From the IMG/VR virus record IMGVR_UViG_3300032287_001394: a stretch of 64,000 nucleotides of DNA; one strand, given 5' to 3'. Position 1 is the stretch's first letter, and each line of letters opens with the position of its first letter. A program made the translations under genes and the position numbers. The DNA is from a virus. The notes beneath the pieces were generated by a model. It saw nothing but the letters and a program-made list of their open reading frames with translations. It was not told the DNA's origin and did not search any database. Below, in pieces: positions 17,308-27,560 of the stretch.

Positions 17308-17616
17308 ATGTATAACTTATTAAATAAATTTGATCGTGACTTTGAGATTATGCTCAATGGTTCTGATTATACTAAAGCTGAACCAGAAGCTTTTGGTTTA
17401 GATCGCAGATCTTTTGGCTATGCTTACACAGATGGCTTTGATTATATCATCATAAACAAAGTTGACGACCGTAGTGTTAAGTATTATGGTGGCTTTGAAT
17501 ATGTTAACGATTCAGATCGCCAAGAGTATGGCAATTGGATTATCTACTCAAGTGCAGCTACTCGAGTGTTTGACGCTCTTGAAACATTTCGCGAGACTCA
17601 AAACGAGTTAGCATAA
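17308..17616 (+). CDS. Hypothetical early protein
   Basis: GGAGAG SD and own promoter. Confidence 0.75.
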   Translation: MYNLLNKFDRDFEIMLNGSDYTKAEPEAFGLDRRSFGYAYTDGFDYIIINKVDDRSVKYYGGFEYVNDSDRQEYGNWIIYSSAATRVFDALETFRETQNELA

Positions 17617-17620
17617 CCGG

Positions 17621-17649
17621 TGTACTTTAATTAATTTATTTGATATAAT
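17621..17649 (+). promoter_or_regulatory. Early-type promoter
   Basis: TGTACT-N17-TATAAT. Confidence 0.85.
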
Positions 17650-17657
17650 GGGCCTAT

Positions 17658-18017
17658 ATGATAATTCATCCTTATATACCTAAGCGCAAGCCTAAAAAGC
17701 CAAACGCCAAGCAACGGGCACAACAGGCTTCATGGCAAGCATTATTGAAAAAATATGATATTACACCATCTAGAAAAGTTGTACAAAAATCTTCCTGGGT
17801 GGGGCCAGCTGATCATCCACGTACTGTGGTTGATCCTAGCCGCCGCACCGACCATATTCCTAGCGTGGATACTGGGCAAGGCATAGCTGCTAAAAAACCA
17901 GTTCAACAATACACTGGCGATGCCATGATCGGCATCGGTCAGTTACACAAATCTAACGCCGTACCTATTTTTTCGGCAGAAGATGCAATAAACATTTCAA
18001 AAATGAGGAGAAACTAA
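17658..18017 (+). CDS. Conserved T4-like basic hypothetical protein
   Basis: YTG...GIGQLHKSNAVP...MRR C-terminal motif. Confidence 0.75.
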   Translation: MIIHPYIPKRKPKKPNAKQRAQQASWQALLKKYDITPSRKVVQKSSWVGPADHPRTVVDPSRRTDHIPSVDTGQGIAAKKPVQQYTGDAMIGIGQLHKSNAVPIFSAEDAINISKMRRN

Positions 18018-18686
18018 ATGAAAGCTAAAAAAATATCAGTTATTTTAGCGTCATTATTATTAGTTGTGGGATGTAGTTCTAATCCTAAAATTGCAACTAT
18101 TACTAATCCGTTAGAAGCTAAACCTGACATTAAAAAACAAGAAGTTAAATTCTTGGAGATGTACGGTCATGTGAAACTTGAATTCGACGAAAACGGCGAA
18201 GAATGGTTAACACTTGAATCTACAGGTACTGCTCCATTAAACTTTAACCATGCAAATTCTCGTGAAGAGGCATTCATGGTTGCAAACATGAGAGCACAAC
18301 GAAACCTTACAGAGTTCTTAAGCTCATCAGTTAAGTCTGACAAGTTTACTGACTCAATATCTAAAGTTGTGTTAGATGATACTATCAGCGGTAATACTAA
18401 CGATGTTAAAAAACCTACACAGGGTTTAGATGCATTAGGTGAAATGGTAGGTATAGATAAGACTGAAACTGCTTCTGAAAACTCAGAAAAACGTAATCGT
18501 GCAAATAAAGTAGCACAAACAGTTAAAGAGACTATTAGCCAATCTGCTAGTGGTATCTTAAAAGGTACTATGATAGTTGATCGTAAAATAGACTCAGATG
18601 TAAACATGGTTGCTGTAACGATTAGGGTTTCTAAAAAGTCTATCAATGCTTCACGTAAGATCAGAAACCAAATGGACGGTGTATAA
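18018..18686 (+). CDS. Lipoprotein, LPP20-like
   Basis: Lipobox VVGC; A...A.MRAQRNLTEF helix. Confidence 0.7.
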   Translation: MKAKKISVILASLLLVVGCSSNPKIATITNPLEAKPDIKKQEVKFLEMYGHVKLEFDENGEEWLTLESTGTAPLNFNHANSREEAFMVANMRAQRNLTEFLSSSVKSDKFTDSISKVVLDDTISGNTNDVKKPTQGLDALGEMVGIDKTETASENSEKRNRANKVAQTVKETISQSASGILKGTMIVDRKIDSDVNMVAVTIRVSKKSINASRKIRNQMDGV

Positions 18687-18823
18687 TGATTCAATTTATA
18701 GCAGGTATTGTATTAGGTTGGTACGTTGCCACCATAGGCATTAGCGGAGCAGTAACAAAAGTTAATGCTGGTGTAGATTACGTACAAGAGGCTGCTGCCA
18801 ATGCGTCTCAAGATAAAAAATAA
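18686..18823 (+). CDS. Small membrane protein (45 aa, MIQFIAGIVLGWYVATIG...), not in ORF track
   Basis: TAATG coupling; hydrophobic N-terminus. Confidence 0.6.
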   Translation: MIQFIAGIVLGWYVATIGISGAVTKVNAGVDYVQEAAANASQDKK

Positions 18824-19841
18824 AGCGCTTCTAGTCGCATTAGCTATAGCTTTTCAAGTCAATGCCGAAGTCGTTACTGTGACTGGGTATGGTGATAGCT
18901 ATGAGGGTGCACTTAAGAATGCAAAGATAGCTGCATTGGAAAAAGTCGCAGGTACTTTTATTATATCGGATACTGTATGGAGATCTAACGAATCAGTATT
19001 TGAACAGATTAAACAGTATAATGGTGGAGTCATTAAGTCTTATAAAGTACTTGATCAAAGACAAGGTCAAGTCACAATAGAAGCTGACGTCGATGTTATC
19101 AAAAATAATAAGATATTTGTAGATAACTCGTCTGCTATAGATCAAGATAAGCTTAACGCCAATATTAATAACTTTAATAGTAAATTAAACATAATAAAAT
19201 ACTTAGATGATCCTAAGAAAGCTTTTTACGTAAAGCCAACACAAGTACAAGCTATCCCTAAAGGGTCTCATGTATCTTTTAAGATCAATACTCATGTGCA
19301 GTGGCAACCAAAATGGATATCAGACATTAAATCTTTTCATAGTTTAATAGATGATAAAGGTAATACTCATACTGACACTAGAGATAAGATGGCAGCGGGT
19401 TTACTAAATAAGGCTATAACTACTAATCAGTATTTAGGAATACTGGGATCTTTAATATATACGAGTACTCAAGAAAATCATCAAAGGTCTCAAGACCCCA
19501 TGATATGTTTATCTGATCGTAGGACTAGTAGTGATGTAACATGTTATAATATCGCAGGTGGTTTTAATAATATGCCTTATAATCAAATGAAAGTGGAAGT
19601 AGCAGCTTACGACCTAAATGGAAAACAAATATATAAAACTAGTGTTGATGTACAAAACAATATTATGTATGAATGGGTTCAAGCTGGAGAACAAAAAAGA
19701 TCTATATGGGGCGTAACACGAACCTTTGATCAACCAGCTATCATAGTTTATGAAAATGAAGCCATGAGATTTAATATAGATTTAACGATGCCGACTGATA
19801 TCGGTAAAAATGTCAATAATATAATAGTAAGGAGCATATGA
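18801..19841 (+). CDS. Exported protein with LPP20/FlgT-N-like N-terminal domain
   Basis: Signal peptide (VNA-E); V.V.GYG....ALKNAK.AALEKVAG. Confidence 0.65.
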   Translation: MRLKIKNKALLVALAIAFQVNAEVVTVTGYGDSYEGALKNAKIAALEKVAGTFIISDTVWRSNESVFEQIKQYNGGVIKSYKVLDQRQGQVTIEADVDVIKNNKIFVDNSSAIDQDKLNANINNFNSKLNIIKYLDDPKKAFYVKPTQVQAIPKGSHVSFKINTHVQWQPKWISDIKSFHSLIDDKGNTHTDTRDKMAAGLLNKAITTNQYLGILGSLIYTSTQENHQRSQDPMICLSDRRTSSDVTCYNIAGGFNNMPYNQMKVEVAAYDLNGKQIYKTSVDVQNNIMYEWVQAGEQKRSIWGVTRTFDQPAIIVYENEAMRFNIDLTMPTDIGKNVNNIIVRSI

Positions 19842-20062
19842 TGCCAGAAAAAGACAGACGTACAGATAATTGGGGTGGATATCATGACTACAATCGAGAT
19901 CCAAGACAATATCATTTTCCAAACAGTACTAGAGACATTGGATGGGGCGAATACCAACCTCAGTTCATCGAACATAAAAAACCTGCTGAAGGTATCAACT
20001 GGTGGATCGTAGGTTTCTTCGTAGTACTATTCTTATTACTACATAACTTAGGGATCCTATGA
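19838..20062 (+). CDS. Small protein with C-terminal TM helix
   Basis: AAGGAG SD. Confidence 0.65.
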   Translation: MMPEKDRRTDNWGGYHDYNRDPRQYHFPNSTRDIGWGEYQPQFIEHKKPAEGINWWIVGFFVVLFLLLHNLGIL

Positions 20063-20223
20063 TAATTAAACTAGACATCTCAGAGATACCTGATGAGGTA
20101 TACAACGCTCTATTAATGGAGTTCGTAAAGAAAGCTATCATCGAAGGTGTAGATGTACCACGTGGAGCCAAGGTAGAAGATTGGCAATTGACAGCTGAGT
20201 TACACCTACCTGTAATACATTGA
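20059..20223 (+). CDS. Small hypothetical protein (54 aa, MIIKLDISEIP...), not in ORF track
   Basis: ATGA coupling upstream; overlaps next ORF start. Confidence 0.55.
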   Translation: MIIKLDISEIPDEVYNALLMEFVKKAIIEGVDVPRGAKVEDWQLTAELHLPVIH

Positions 20224-20417
20224 TTGAATACATACTCATTATAAGTATACTGCAATCTGGAGTATCTACAGAGATCGGCAGAGAGATGTATCAGACATTC
20301 GAAGAGTGCACTACAGCATCTCATAAAAAACAGATTGACTTTGGAAAACAAGGTCTGTATAATATAACTACACAGTGTAGGAAAGAAGTGCATGATAGTA
20401 TACAAATGCAACTCTAA
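20220..20417 (+). CDS. Hypothetical protein
   Basis: Coupled ORF. Confidence 0.5.
   Translation: MIEYILIISILQSGVSTEIGREMYQTFEECTTASHKKQIDFGKQGLYNITTQCRKEVHDSIQMQL
20335..20363 (+). promoter_or_regulatory. Canonical sigma70-like promoter TTGACT-N17-TATAAT (intragenic)
   Basis: Near-consensus hexamers, 17-bp spacer. Confidence 0.55.
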
Positions 20418-20522
20418 ATTGCCAAGAGCTAGAAGGTTTAGACGCTATGTAAAGATGCGGGTGTCTGATAAGAATAAAAGAGTTTATGATAATTTTTATA
20501 AGCGTAGAGGACAAGCATATTG

Positions 20523-20684
20523 GTGGAAGAACGTAGATTAGAAGAGATGTGGAGTCAACTCTATGAATTTTATGGAGAACGCTTAGCTCATCCTGAAGTT
20601 GAGCCACGTAGATTTGAATGGCAGCTTAAAATTTTTAAACACGTAAAAGATATAAATAGTAATGGACAAAATCCAACTCAATAA
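20523..20684 (+). CDS. Small hypothetical protein (LAHPEVEPRRF motif), not in ORF track
   Basis: Open frame; motif resembles small T4-like phage proteins. Confidence 0.45.
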   Translation: MEERRLEEMWSQLYEFYGERLAHPEVEPRRFEWQLKIFKHVKDINSNGQNPTQ

Positions 20685-20703
20685 AATCCCAAAAGGAAAA
20701 GCT

Positions 20704-20868
20704 ATGGAATTCAAACAAAAAGACGAAGTGATCATCGTCGATGAAAAGGTCACAACAGTATTTGAAGCAAAACAAATTAAGACAGAAATAGTTGATGACT
20801 ATCCATGCGGTCCTAAAGACACAGTATGCAGCAAACGCTGGATGGAATCACTTTCAGACTGCGCTTAA
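20704..20868 (+). CDS. Small hypothetical protein with three Cys near C-terminus
   Basis: Follows late promoter TATAAATA at 20651-20658. Confidence 0.55.
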   Translation: MEFKQKDEVIIVDEKVTTVFEAKQIKTEIVDDYPCGPKDTVCSKRWMESLSDCA

Positions 20869-20888
20869 TACTTTATAAGGAAGTTATT

Positions 20889-21065
20889 ATGGATGTAATT
20901 TTGATGTTATTTGGAATGAGTTATTTTGATAATTTGCAAAATAATCCACCAGAACAGCCTCAGGCTATTGTGTATAAAGTCATGAGTACTGAAATCACAC
21001 CTCAAGATCCAAATGCTAGCATGTGGGACACTGACTGGATCAATAAAAAAGAAACCCATATATAG
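20889..21065 (+). CDS. Small hypothetical protein
   Basis: AAGGAAG SD. Confidence 0.5.
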   Translation: MDVILMLFGMSYFDNLQNNPPEQPQAIVYKVMSTEITPQDPNASMWDTDWINKKETHI

Positions 21066-21196
21066 ACCTATCCTTGGGATAGAATGTGACTCCGGGCGCT
21101 GCCTGGATATGCCCAAATGAAAGTCCAATGTAATCAAAGACTTATATATTATGCAAGTTATTGATCTGTATAGACTAATTAGTTTTAACACCCCTA

Positions 21197-21225
21197 TGTA
21201 CATTAATTCATATTCAGGATATAAT
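21197..21225 (+). promoter_or_regulatory. Early-type promoter
   Basis: TGTACA-N17-TATAAT. Confidence 0.85.
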
Positions 21226-21253
21226 GGTCTTATATTATTAAGGAGAGAGAATA

Positions 21254-21484
21254 ATGCAAAAAGTAATCATTAATCAGTTTGGCGAAAAGTACTTAGTCCC
21301 AGCAGAACATGCTGCTAAATTCAACCGTAGATCTGAACTTGTAATCTTCGCAATGGATGTAGAAAAAGCCATCGCAGTAGTTCCAGATCCTACAAATCTT
21401 GAAAAAGTTCTTCATGAAACCATGGAGAAAATCCGTAAGATCAACCGTAGAATCCCTTCTGGTTGTGCGGAGGTATTAAGATGA
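21254..21484 (+). CDS. Hypothetical early protein
   Basis: AAGGAG SD. Confidence 0.7.
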   Translation: MQKVIINQFGEKYLVPAEHAAKFNRRSELVIFAMDVEKAIAVVPDPTNLEKVLHETMEKIRKINRRIPSGCAEVLR

Positions 21485-21762
21485 GAACATCAAAAAGTTA
21501 CATAATGACAGTCGACGTAAACTCAGCTGCTGATATGGAAAAATTAAGCATCATCAAGCAAGCTGTGTCTATCACTAATAAAAATCGTACTAACAAAAAA
21601 CGTGTTGTGCTTCGTGGTCGTAAACCACTAGTTAAGATGCCAACGCCAAGTGGATACTTCCATCGAGGTTCATTCCGTCCAGTCTCATATGATTGGGCAG
21701 GTAACATCGTTGGCGGTATTAAGAATGCAACTAAGCTTGATGTTTATATCTACAGGAGATAA
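21481..21762 (+). CDS. Hypothetical basic protein
   Basis: GGAGG SD, ATGA coupling. Confidence 0.7.
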   Translation: MRTSKSYIMTVDVNSAADMEKLSIIKQAVSITNKNRTNKKRVVLRGRKPLVKMPTPSGYFHRGSFRPVSYDWAGNIVGGIKNATKLDVYIYRR

Positions 21763-21763
21763 T

Positions 21764-21985
21764 ATGTCAAACACACAAGTTAACAATACACAAGTAATTA
21801 AAAACTTCGTTGATAGACATTCAGGTAACTTCACGGATGATGTTATAGATATGATAAATGAACGACTAACAGAAGTATTCAATGACGAAGGCATCTCTGA
21901 TTATGATATTCAAGCAGATATAGCTGACGAATTAATGAAGAGTATCGGTAAAAATCTACAAATTAATCCAGAAGAATGGATTTAA
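21764..21985 (+). CDS. Hypothetical acidic protein
   Basis: AGGAG SD. Confidence 0.65.
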   Translation: MSNTQVNNTQVIKNFVDRHSGNFTDDVIDMINERLTEVFNDEGISDYDIQADIADELMKSIGKNLQINPEEWI

Positions 21986-23256
21986 TGGAAGTATTTGATA
22001 TCTTAGAAGACCTCGCGGCAAACCCGTCGAGGAACTATAAAATTGATAAGCTCACTGAGCATAAAGATAATCAAGTCTTACGCGAAGTCGTAAGATTAGC
22101 ACTAGATCCATTTACGCAATTTTATATTCGCAAGATTCCAAAGTATGAGGCAACTGGGAGTGATAGCCTTGTACAAGCAATGGATAAACTGTTTGAGTTA
22201 TCCAGTAGGACCTTAACTGGTCATGCTGGTATAGAACACCTCACTCAGGTCCTTACTTCACTCTCTCCGAAAAATGCTAAGGTGCTTGAACGCATCATAG
22301 CAAAGGACCTGAAATGTGGTGTATCTACTGCGACAGCCAATGATGTATGGCTTGGCTTGGTCGTAGACTATCCATGTATGTTAGCATCACAATATGAACA
22401 GAAGTTAGTAGATAAGATCCAATGGCCTGCAATGGTCCAATTAAAAATGGATGGTATGAGATTCAATGCTATCGTTCGCGATGGTCAATGTGAATTCAAG
22501 TCTCGCAACGGTAAGACGATCGACTTGTTAGGTAACCTTGAAAAAGAATTCGTAGAGCTTGCTAATGGCATAGACACTGTATTTGACGGTGAACTATTAG
22601 TTAAAGACGACAGCGGCACATTGAATAGACAAACTGGTAATGGCATCCTAAATAAAGCAGGTAAAGGCACTATAACAGACACTGAAGCAGCAATGGTTTA
22701 TGCTACAATATGGGACATCATTCCATATATGTATTTCATCGATAGCTATTGTCCTACACCATATAAAGATAGGTTTGCAAGACTTAAAGAAGCAGATAAG
22801 ATTAGTATTGTGCCTAACTTCATCGTAGAAAATATCGATGAAGCACAAGCAAAGTTTAAAGAGTACTATGATCAAGGTGAGGAAGGTATCATACTCAAAG
22901 ATGTGAACGCACCTTGGGAAAATAAAAGATCTAAGGCACTGATTAAGTTTAAAGGTGAATTAGAATGTGATTTAAAGATCGTCGATATTGAAGACGGCAC
23001 AGGTAAGTATGAAGGCATGCTAGGGGCCCTCGTCTGTGAATCAGAGGATGGTATTATTAAAGTTAAAGTCGGGAGTGGATTTAACGATGAAGATCGCAAA
23101 AAGATTAAGAAGCAAGATGTCCTCGGTAAAGTGGTGGCTGTCAAGTACAACGCTCGTATTAGGAGCAAACACGAAGATGAGAGTTTATTCCTCCCAATCT
23201 TTGTGGAGATCCGTGAAGACAAAGATCAAGCAGATTCGTCTAGGATTATAAAATGA
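21976..23256 (+). CDS. 30: ATP-dependent DNA ligase gp30
   Basis: KMDGMR adenylation motif, FDGEL, EGIILK, VGSG, LFLPIF. Confidence 0.96.
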   Translation: MDLMEVFDILEDLAANPSRNYKIDKLTEHKDNQVLREVVRLALDPFTQFYIRKIPKYEATGSDSLVQAMDKLFELSSRTLTGHAGIEHLTQVLTSLSPKNAKVLERIIAKDLKCGVSTATANDVWLGLVVDYPCMLASQYEQKLVDKIQWPAMVQLKMDGMRFNAIVRDGQCEFKSRNGKTIDLLGNLEKEFVELANGIDTVFDGELLVKDDSGTLNRQTGNGILNKAGKGTITDTEAAMVYATIWDIIPYMYFIDSYCPTPYKDRFARLKEADKISIVPNFIVENIDEAQAKFKEYYDQGEEGIILKDVNAPWENKRSKALIKFKGELECDLKIVDIEDGTGKYEGMLGALVCESEDGIIKVKVGSGFNDEDRKKIKKQDVLGKVVAVKYNARIRSKHEDESLFLPIFVEIREDKDQADSSRIIK

Positions 23257-23483
23257 CATCACAAGACGAATATAATAAAGCATTAGATATGAGGATAGAG
23301 GAGTCTATCCGTGCACGCAAAAAGAAACATAGCTTATGGAGATTATGGGCTAAAGCATTAGGCGAGAAAGCCGCTGACTGTGATAGAGAGTCTGACAAAG
23401 TTGCAGTAGTTAGGACTATCATAGCTGGCATTAACTTAGTTACATGTATATTCATCGTAGCTGGTATATTGAGGCACTGGTAA
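23253..23483 (+). CDS. Conserved small membrane protein
   Basis: WRLWAKALGEK motif plus C-terminal TM. Confidence 0.7.
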   Translation: MTSQDEYNKALDMRIEESIRARKKKHSLWRLWAKALGEKAADCDRESDKVAVVRTIIAGINLVTCIFIVAGILRHW

Positions 23484-23518
23484 CATAAATATAAGACCTA
23501 TCTTAACAAGGAGCGATC

Positions 23519-23806
23519 ATGAAATATTTGACGCTTTTACTATTGCCTTTAGCTGTATATGCAGCTGAGGCGCCTGATGAATATTTGGTCTATCAATATA
23601 ATGAGAATGTGCGTATCGTCTTATCAAATGCTGAGTGTCCTAAACAGTATGGTGGTAAGAGAGCTGCAGCACAAAGGATTGACAGTCAATTCCTTAAAGG
23701 TTGCTGGACAAACGATTCAGACATCAAAGGCAACATCAAGATCCAATGGATTGGCGGAGATACATCCACATTCCCAGCTACAAACTTCTATCCCGTTAAG
23801 GAATAA
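23519..23806 (+). CDS. Small exported protein
   Basis: Signal peptide; two Cys; AAGGAG SD. Confidence 0.7.
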   Translation: MKYLTLLLLPLAVYAAEAPDEYLVYQYNENVRIVLSNAECPKQYGGKRAAAQRIDSQFLKGCWTNDSDIKGNIKIQWIGGDTSTFPATNFYPVKE

Positions 23807-23807
23807 G

Positions 23808-23836
23808 TGTACTTTAAATAGCTTTAGTGGTATAAT
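23808..23836 (+). promoter_or_regulatory. Early-type promoter of gene 43
   Basis: TGTACT-N17-TATAAT. Confidence 0.85.
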
Positions 23837-23842
23837 TATATT

Positions 23843-26323
23843 ATGAGTAGATTCTATACGAACGTAGTCAAGTACGGCAATTCTCTATTGCTCCGTTATG
23901 TCAATAACGGTCAAGCCTTCAAGAGTAAGGTGCCATATCGTCCTACATTATTTGTCCCAGCTAAAGATGATTCTGATTGGCATACATTAGAAGGCACACC
24001 AGTATCTCCTACTAAATTTGAATCAATCAAAGAAGGTATGGAATATGTCGATCGTTATAAAGACGTAGAAGGCTTTACATTCTATGGTCAAACACAATTC
24101 CAATATCAATACATCACTGAGACTTATCCTAAGACTATTCAGTGGGATAAAGATCTCATCAAGATGTTTTCAATTGACATCGAGACTGCAACTGAGAATG
24201 GATTCCCAAATATAAGTGAAGCAAACGAAGAAGTATTGCTCATCACTATCAAAGATAACCATCATAAACAAATCGTAACGTTCGGCTCTCGTCCATATAT
24301 GACTGATCGTAAAGATGTCAAGTACATGTTTTGCAAAGACGAAGCAGACTTACTCAAGACGTTCGTTGTATTTTGGTCTAACAACTATCCTGATGTGGTC
24401 ACTGGTTGGAACATCAACGGCTTTGATATCCCATATCTGGTCAATCGTATTCGCCTTGTACTAGGCGACGAGTATGTCAAACGTATGTCACCATGGGGTA
24501 TCGTAAACGACAAGAAAGCCTATGTAGGTGGTGGTACATCTATCCAATCATATACCTTCGTCGGCATATCTGTATTAGATTACATGGATCTATATAAGAA
24601 GTTTACATATCAGAATCAAGAATCATATGCATTAAACTATATCGCAAGCGTCGAACTTGGTAAGAAGAAGCTTGAGAATCCTGAAGATAACTTCAAAGAC
24701 TTCTACACAAATCATTGGAAGACATTCGTAGATTATAACATCCATGATACCGAACTCGTTGATATGTTAGAAGATAAGATGAAGCTCATTGAACTTGTCT
24801 ACACTCTAGCTTATAGCTCTAAGATTAACTATGAAGATGTATTCTCACCTGTTCGCATGTGGGATGCCATCATCTTCAATTACTTGTATGAACGTAAGAT
24901 CGCCATCCCTCTAAAAGAAGAGAATGGTAAGTCTGAAGTATTCGAAGGTGCTTATGTTAAAGATCCTATAGTTGGTCCTCACAAATGGGTTGCATCGTTC
25001 GACTTAAACTCACTGTACCCGCACCTTATCATGCAGTATAACATGTCACCTGAAACATTGACTGATACTCGCATCGATACAAACGTAGATAAACTATTAA
25101 CTAAAACACCTATGAATGTGCCAGTCGGTCTATCAACATCTGGTAATGGTTGGTGTTACACAAAGGATAAGAAAGGTTTCCTTCCAGCATTGATGGAAGA
25201 GATGTACAATAATCGTTCTAAGTTTAAGAAGCAGATGTTAAAGGCTGAACAAGAATACGAGCACAACAAAGATCCTCAGCTAGTCAAAGACATCTCACGC
25301 CTCAAGAACCTACAGATGGCTATGAAGATCGCACTAAACTCAGCTTACGGCGCGATCGGTAATAAGTACTTTAGATATTATGATCTACGCATCGCAGAAG
25401 GTATCACATTATCTGGTCAACTAAGTATTCGATGGATGGCTAACAAGCTTAATGACTTCATGAACAAGACATTGAAGTCTGATGGTAAAGACTATGTCAT
25501 CGCTATCGATACCGACTCAATCTACCTATCACTTGAAGATCTAGTTGAGAAGGTATGTGCAGGTAAAAACACTGAAGAGAAGATCGTATTCATGGACAAG
25601 ACATGTGAGAAGGTCATTCAACCATTCATCGATGGTGGATACCAAGAACTCTCAGAATACATGAATGCTTATGGTCAAAAGATGCAGATGAAACGCGAAG
25701 TACTGGCAGACAAAGCAATATGGGTTGCCAAGAAACGATACGTGCTAAACGTACATAATTCCGAAGGAGTACAATATGCGAAACCTAAGATTAAAGTTAT
25801 GGGCCTTGAAATGGTCAAATCGTCGACACCTGCAGTCGTCCGCACGAAACTCAAGGATGCATTGGAGGTCATCTTGCACCAGGATCAAGCATCGCTTCAG
25901 GCATTTGTCCGCGAGTTCAAGACGAAATTCGCGTCGCTCTCTGTTGCTGATGTCGCATTTCCTAGATCGGTTTCTTCCTTAAAAGAATACAGCGGTACAC
26001 CGATCTATAAGAAAGGTACACCGATTCAAGTAAGAGGTGCATTACTCTTTAATCATTACCTTAAGATGAAAGGTCTCACACGTAAGTATGAACCTATCAC
26101 TAATGGCAATAAGATTAAGTTCGTATATCTCAAGACACCAAACCCGATCAACGAGAATGTTATCGCATTCAACAATGTGTTACCTAAAGAATTTGGATTG
26201 GATGAATACATAAACTATGATCTACAGTTCGAGAAGGTATTCCTTGATGCATTACAAATCGTTATTGAACCGTTAGGATGGCATGCTGAAGAGAAAGCTT
26301 CTCTTGAGTCTTTCTTTGGTTAG
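23843..26323 (+). CDS. 43: Family B DNA polymerase gp43
   Basis: DIET exonuclease, DLNSLYP, KIALNSAYG, DTDS, KKRY. Confidence 0.98.
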   Translation: MSRFYTNVVKYGNSLLLRYVNNGQAFKSKVPYRPTLFVPAKDDSDWHTLEGTPVSPTKFESIKEGMEYVDRYKDVEGFTFYGQTQFQYQYITETYPKTIQWDKDLIKMFSIDIETATENGFPNISEANEEVLLITIKDNHHKQIVTFGSRPYMTDRKDVKYMFCKDEADLLKTFVVFWSNNYPDVVTGWNINGFDIPYLVNRIRLVLGDEYVKRMSPWGIVNDKKAYVGGGTSIQSYTFVGISVLDYMDLYKKFTYQNQESYALNYIASVELGKKKLENPEDNFKDFYTNHWKTFVDYNIHDTELVDMLEDKMKLIELVYTLAYSSKINYEDVFSPVRMWDAIIFNYLYERKIAIPLKEENGKSEVFEGAYVKDPIVGPHKWVASFDLNSLYPHLIMQYNMSPETLTDTRIDTNVDKLLTKTPMNVPVGLSTSGNGWCYTKDKKGFLPALMEEMYNNRSKFKKQMLKAEQEYEHNKDPQLVKDISRLKNLQMAMKIALNSAYGAIGNKYFRYYDLRIAEGITLSGQLSIRWMANKLNDFMNKTLKSDGKDYVIAIDTDSIYLSLEDLVEKVCAGKNTEEKIVFMDKTCEKVIQPFIDGGYQELSEYMNAYGQKMQMKREVLADKAIWVAKKRYVLNVHNSEGVQYAKPKIKVMGLEMVKSSTPAVVRTKLKDALEVILHQDQASLQAFVREFKTKFASLSVADVAFPRSVSSLKEYSGTPIYKKGTPIQVRGALLFNHYLKMKGLTRKYEPITNGNKIKFVYLKTPNPINENVIAFNNVLPKEFGLDEYINYDLQFEKVFLDALQIVIEPLGWHAEEKASLESFFG

Positions 26324-26714
26324 CATACAGGGATGTGCAATACTTGGTATTGGCGGTGCATATCAAACTGTAGATACTGTGACCACAGGTGCAACAGCAA
26401 TTTCGTATGGAACTACTGGTAAAGGCATCAGTGATCATGCCATCAGTTATGCAGTAGGTAAAGATTGTAGGATTTTTAATATATTTAAAAACACTAAAGT
26501 ATGTAGAATTCATGTAACTTATAAGGCGCCTAAATATGAAATGTCAGATTTGCAAGAAGGAAATAGACAAGAACTGCAAGTGGAAACCTTGCCAATTATT
26601 AATTCACCTAATAAAAAGGAAAAACTAAATGTCACAAAATTGGGTAAAAGACATGAACGACATGCACGCAAAGTTCGGTGTGCGAGAAGTCGTGTCAAAA
26701 ATGGATGCAAATAA
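26283..26714 (+). CDS. Putative lipoprotein
   Basis: Lipobox-like IQGC; overlaps both neighbours. Confidence 0.5.
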   Translation: MLKRKLLLSLSLVSIQGCAILGIGGAYQTVDTVTTGATAISYGTTGKGISDHAISYAVGKDCRIFNIFKNTKVCRIHVTYKAPKYEMSDLQEGNRQELQVETLPIINSPNKKEKLNVTKLGKRHERHARKVRCARSRVKNGCK

Positions 26715-27030
26715 ACTTACAGAGTTCTTAGAATTCCGTATTGGTTGTTTGCAAGAAGAACTAGACGAACTTAAGGCAGCAAAAAATGGTGATGATGCAG
26801 TTGATGCGCTGATCGACTTATCTGTATTTGCTATCGGTACATTGGATCTATTTGGTATCGATGCTGAGATGGCATGGAACAGAGTATACGCTGCAAATAT
26901 CTCCAAAGAAGTGGGTATCAAAGAAGCTCGCCCTAATCCATTAGGATTACCAGATCTTATTAAGCCAGAAGGATGGACTGCACCAACACATAAAGATAAT
27001 ATCGGTGCATTTGAAAAGATCTATGACTGA
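26629..27030 (+). CDS. MazG-like (PRA-PH family) dNTP pyrophosphohydrolase
   Basis: EELDE, DALID, ANISK, KPEGW..P. Confidence 0.85.
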   Translation: MSQNWVKDMNDMHAKFGVREVVSKMDANKLTEFLEFRIGCLQEELDELKAAKNGDDAVDALIDLSVFAIGTLDLFGIDAEMAWNRVYAANISKEVGIKEARPNPLGLPDLIKPEGWTAPTHKDNIGAFEKIYD

Positions 27031-27499
27031 TTTTCAATTTCCAATATGGTGTGATACAGACAAGCTTCGCCAAGGTTGGTATGGTGAGATGCTTGTCAAG
27101 CAATACTTTGAATCAATAGGATTCTTAGTACTCATGAACCCCAATAGGTTTGGTTCATGGGATATGCTCATCGTAGATCCACAGACTGGTGATGCTAAGA
27201 AGGTACAAGTAAAGACTGTATCTCGTTACGTTACTAAGAATCAATTTGGTCTTACATTAGGTAAGCGCGGTGATACTGAAGCAGCATTAAAAGCTTGTGA
27301 TTGGTTGATACTAGTTGTTAGGACTCCGCCATCATTTCATGATAAGGAATATGAAGGTAAGATGTTACTAGTAAAGAATCACAAATCATATAATGTGGAC
27401 AATAATCAATACATCATACCATCAGAGGAAAATAACTTTGTACTTATTACTAAGTTAAAGGCTAAACAGCTAAAGGAATTAAACACATTCAATCCGTAA
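27023..27499 (+). CDS. PD-(D/E)XK-like endonuclease
   Basis: G..GE..V...F, WDML, VQVK. Confidence 0.6.
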   Translation: MTDFQFPIWCDTDKLRQGWYGEMLVKQYFESIGFLVLMNPNRFGSWDMLIVDPQTGDAKKVQVKTVSRYVTKNQFGLTLGKRGDTEAALKACDWLILVVRTPPSFHDKEYEGKMLLVKNHKSYNVDNNQYIIPSEENNFVLITKLKAKQLKELNTFNP

Positions 27500-27506
27500 A
27501 AATAAT

Positions 27507-27535
27507 TTTACTTTATATATTAATTGTGGTATTAT
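27507..27535 (+). promoter_or_regulatory. Variant early promoter TTTACT-N17-TATTAT
   Basis: Intergenic, same spacing. Confidence 0.55.
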
Positions 27536-27560
27536 GTATCTATAACATGGGAGTTATATT

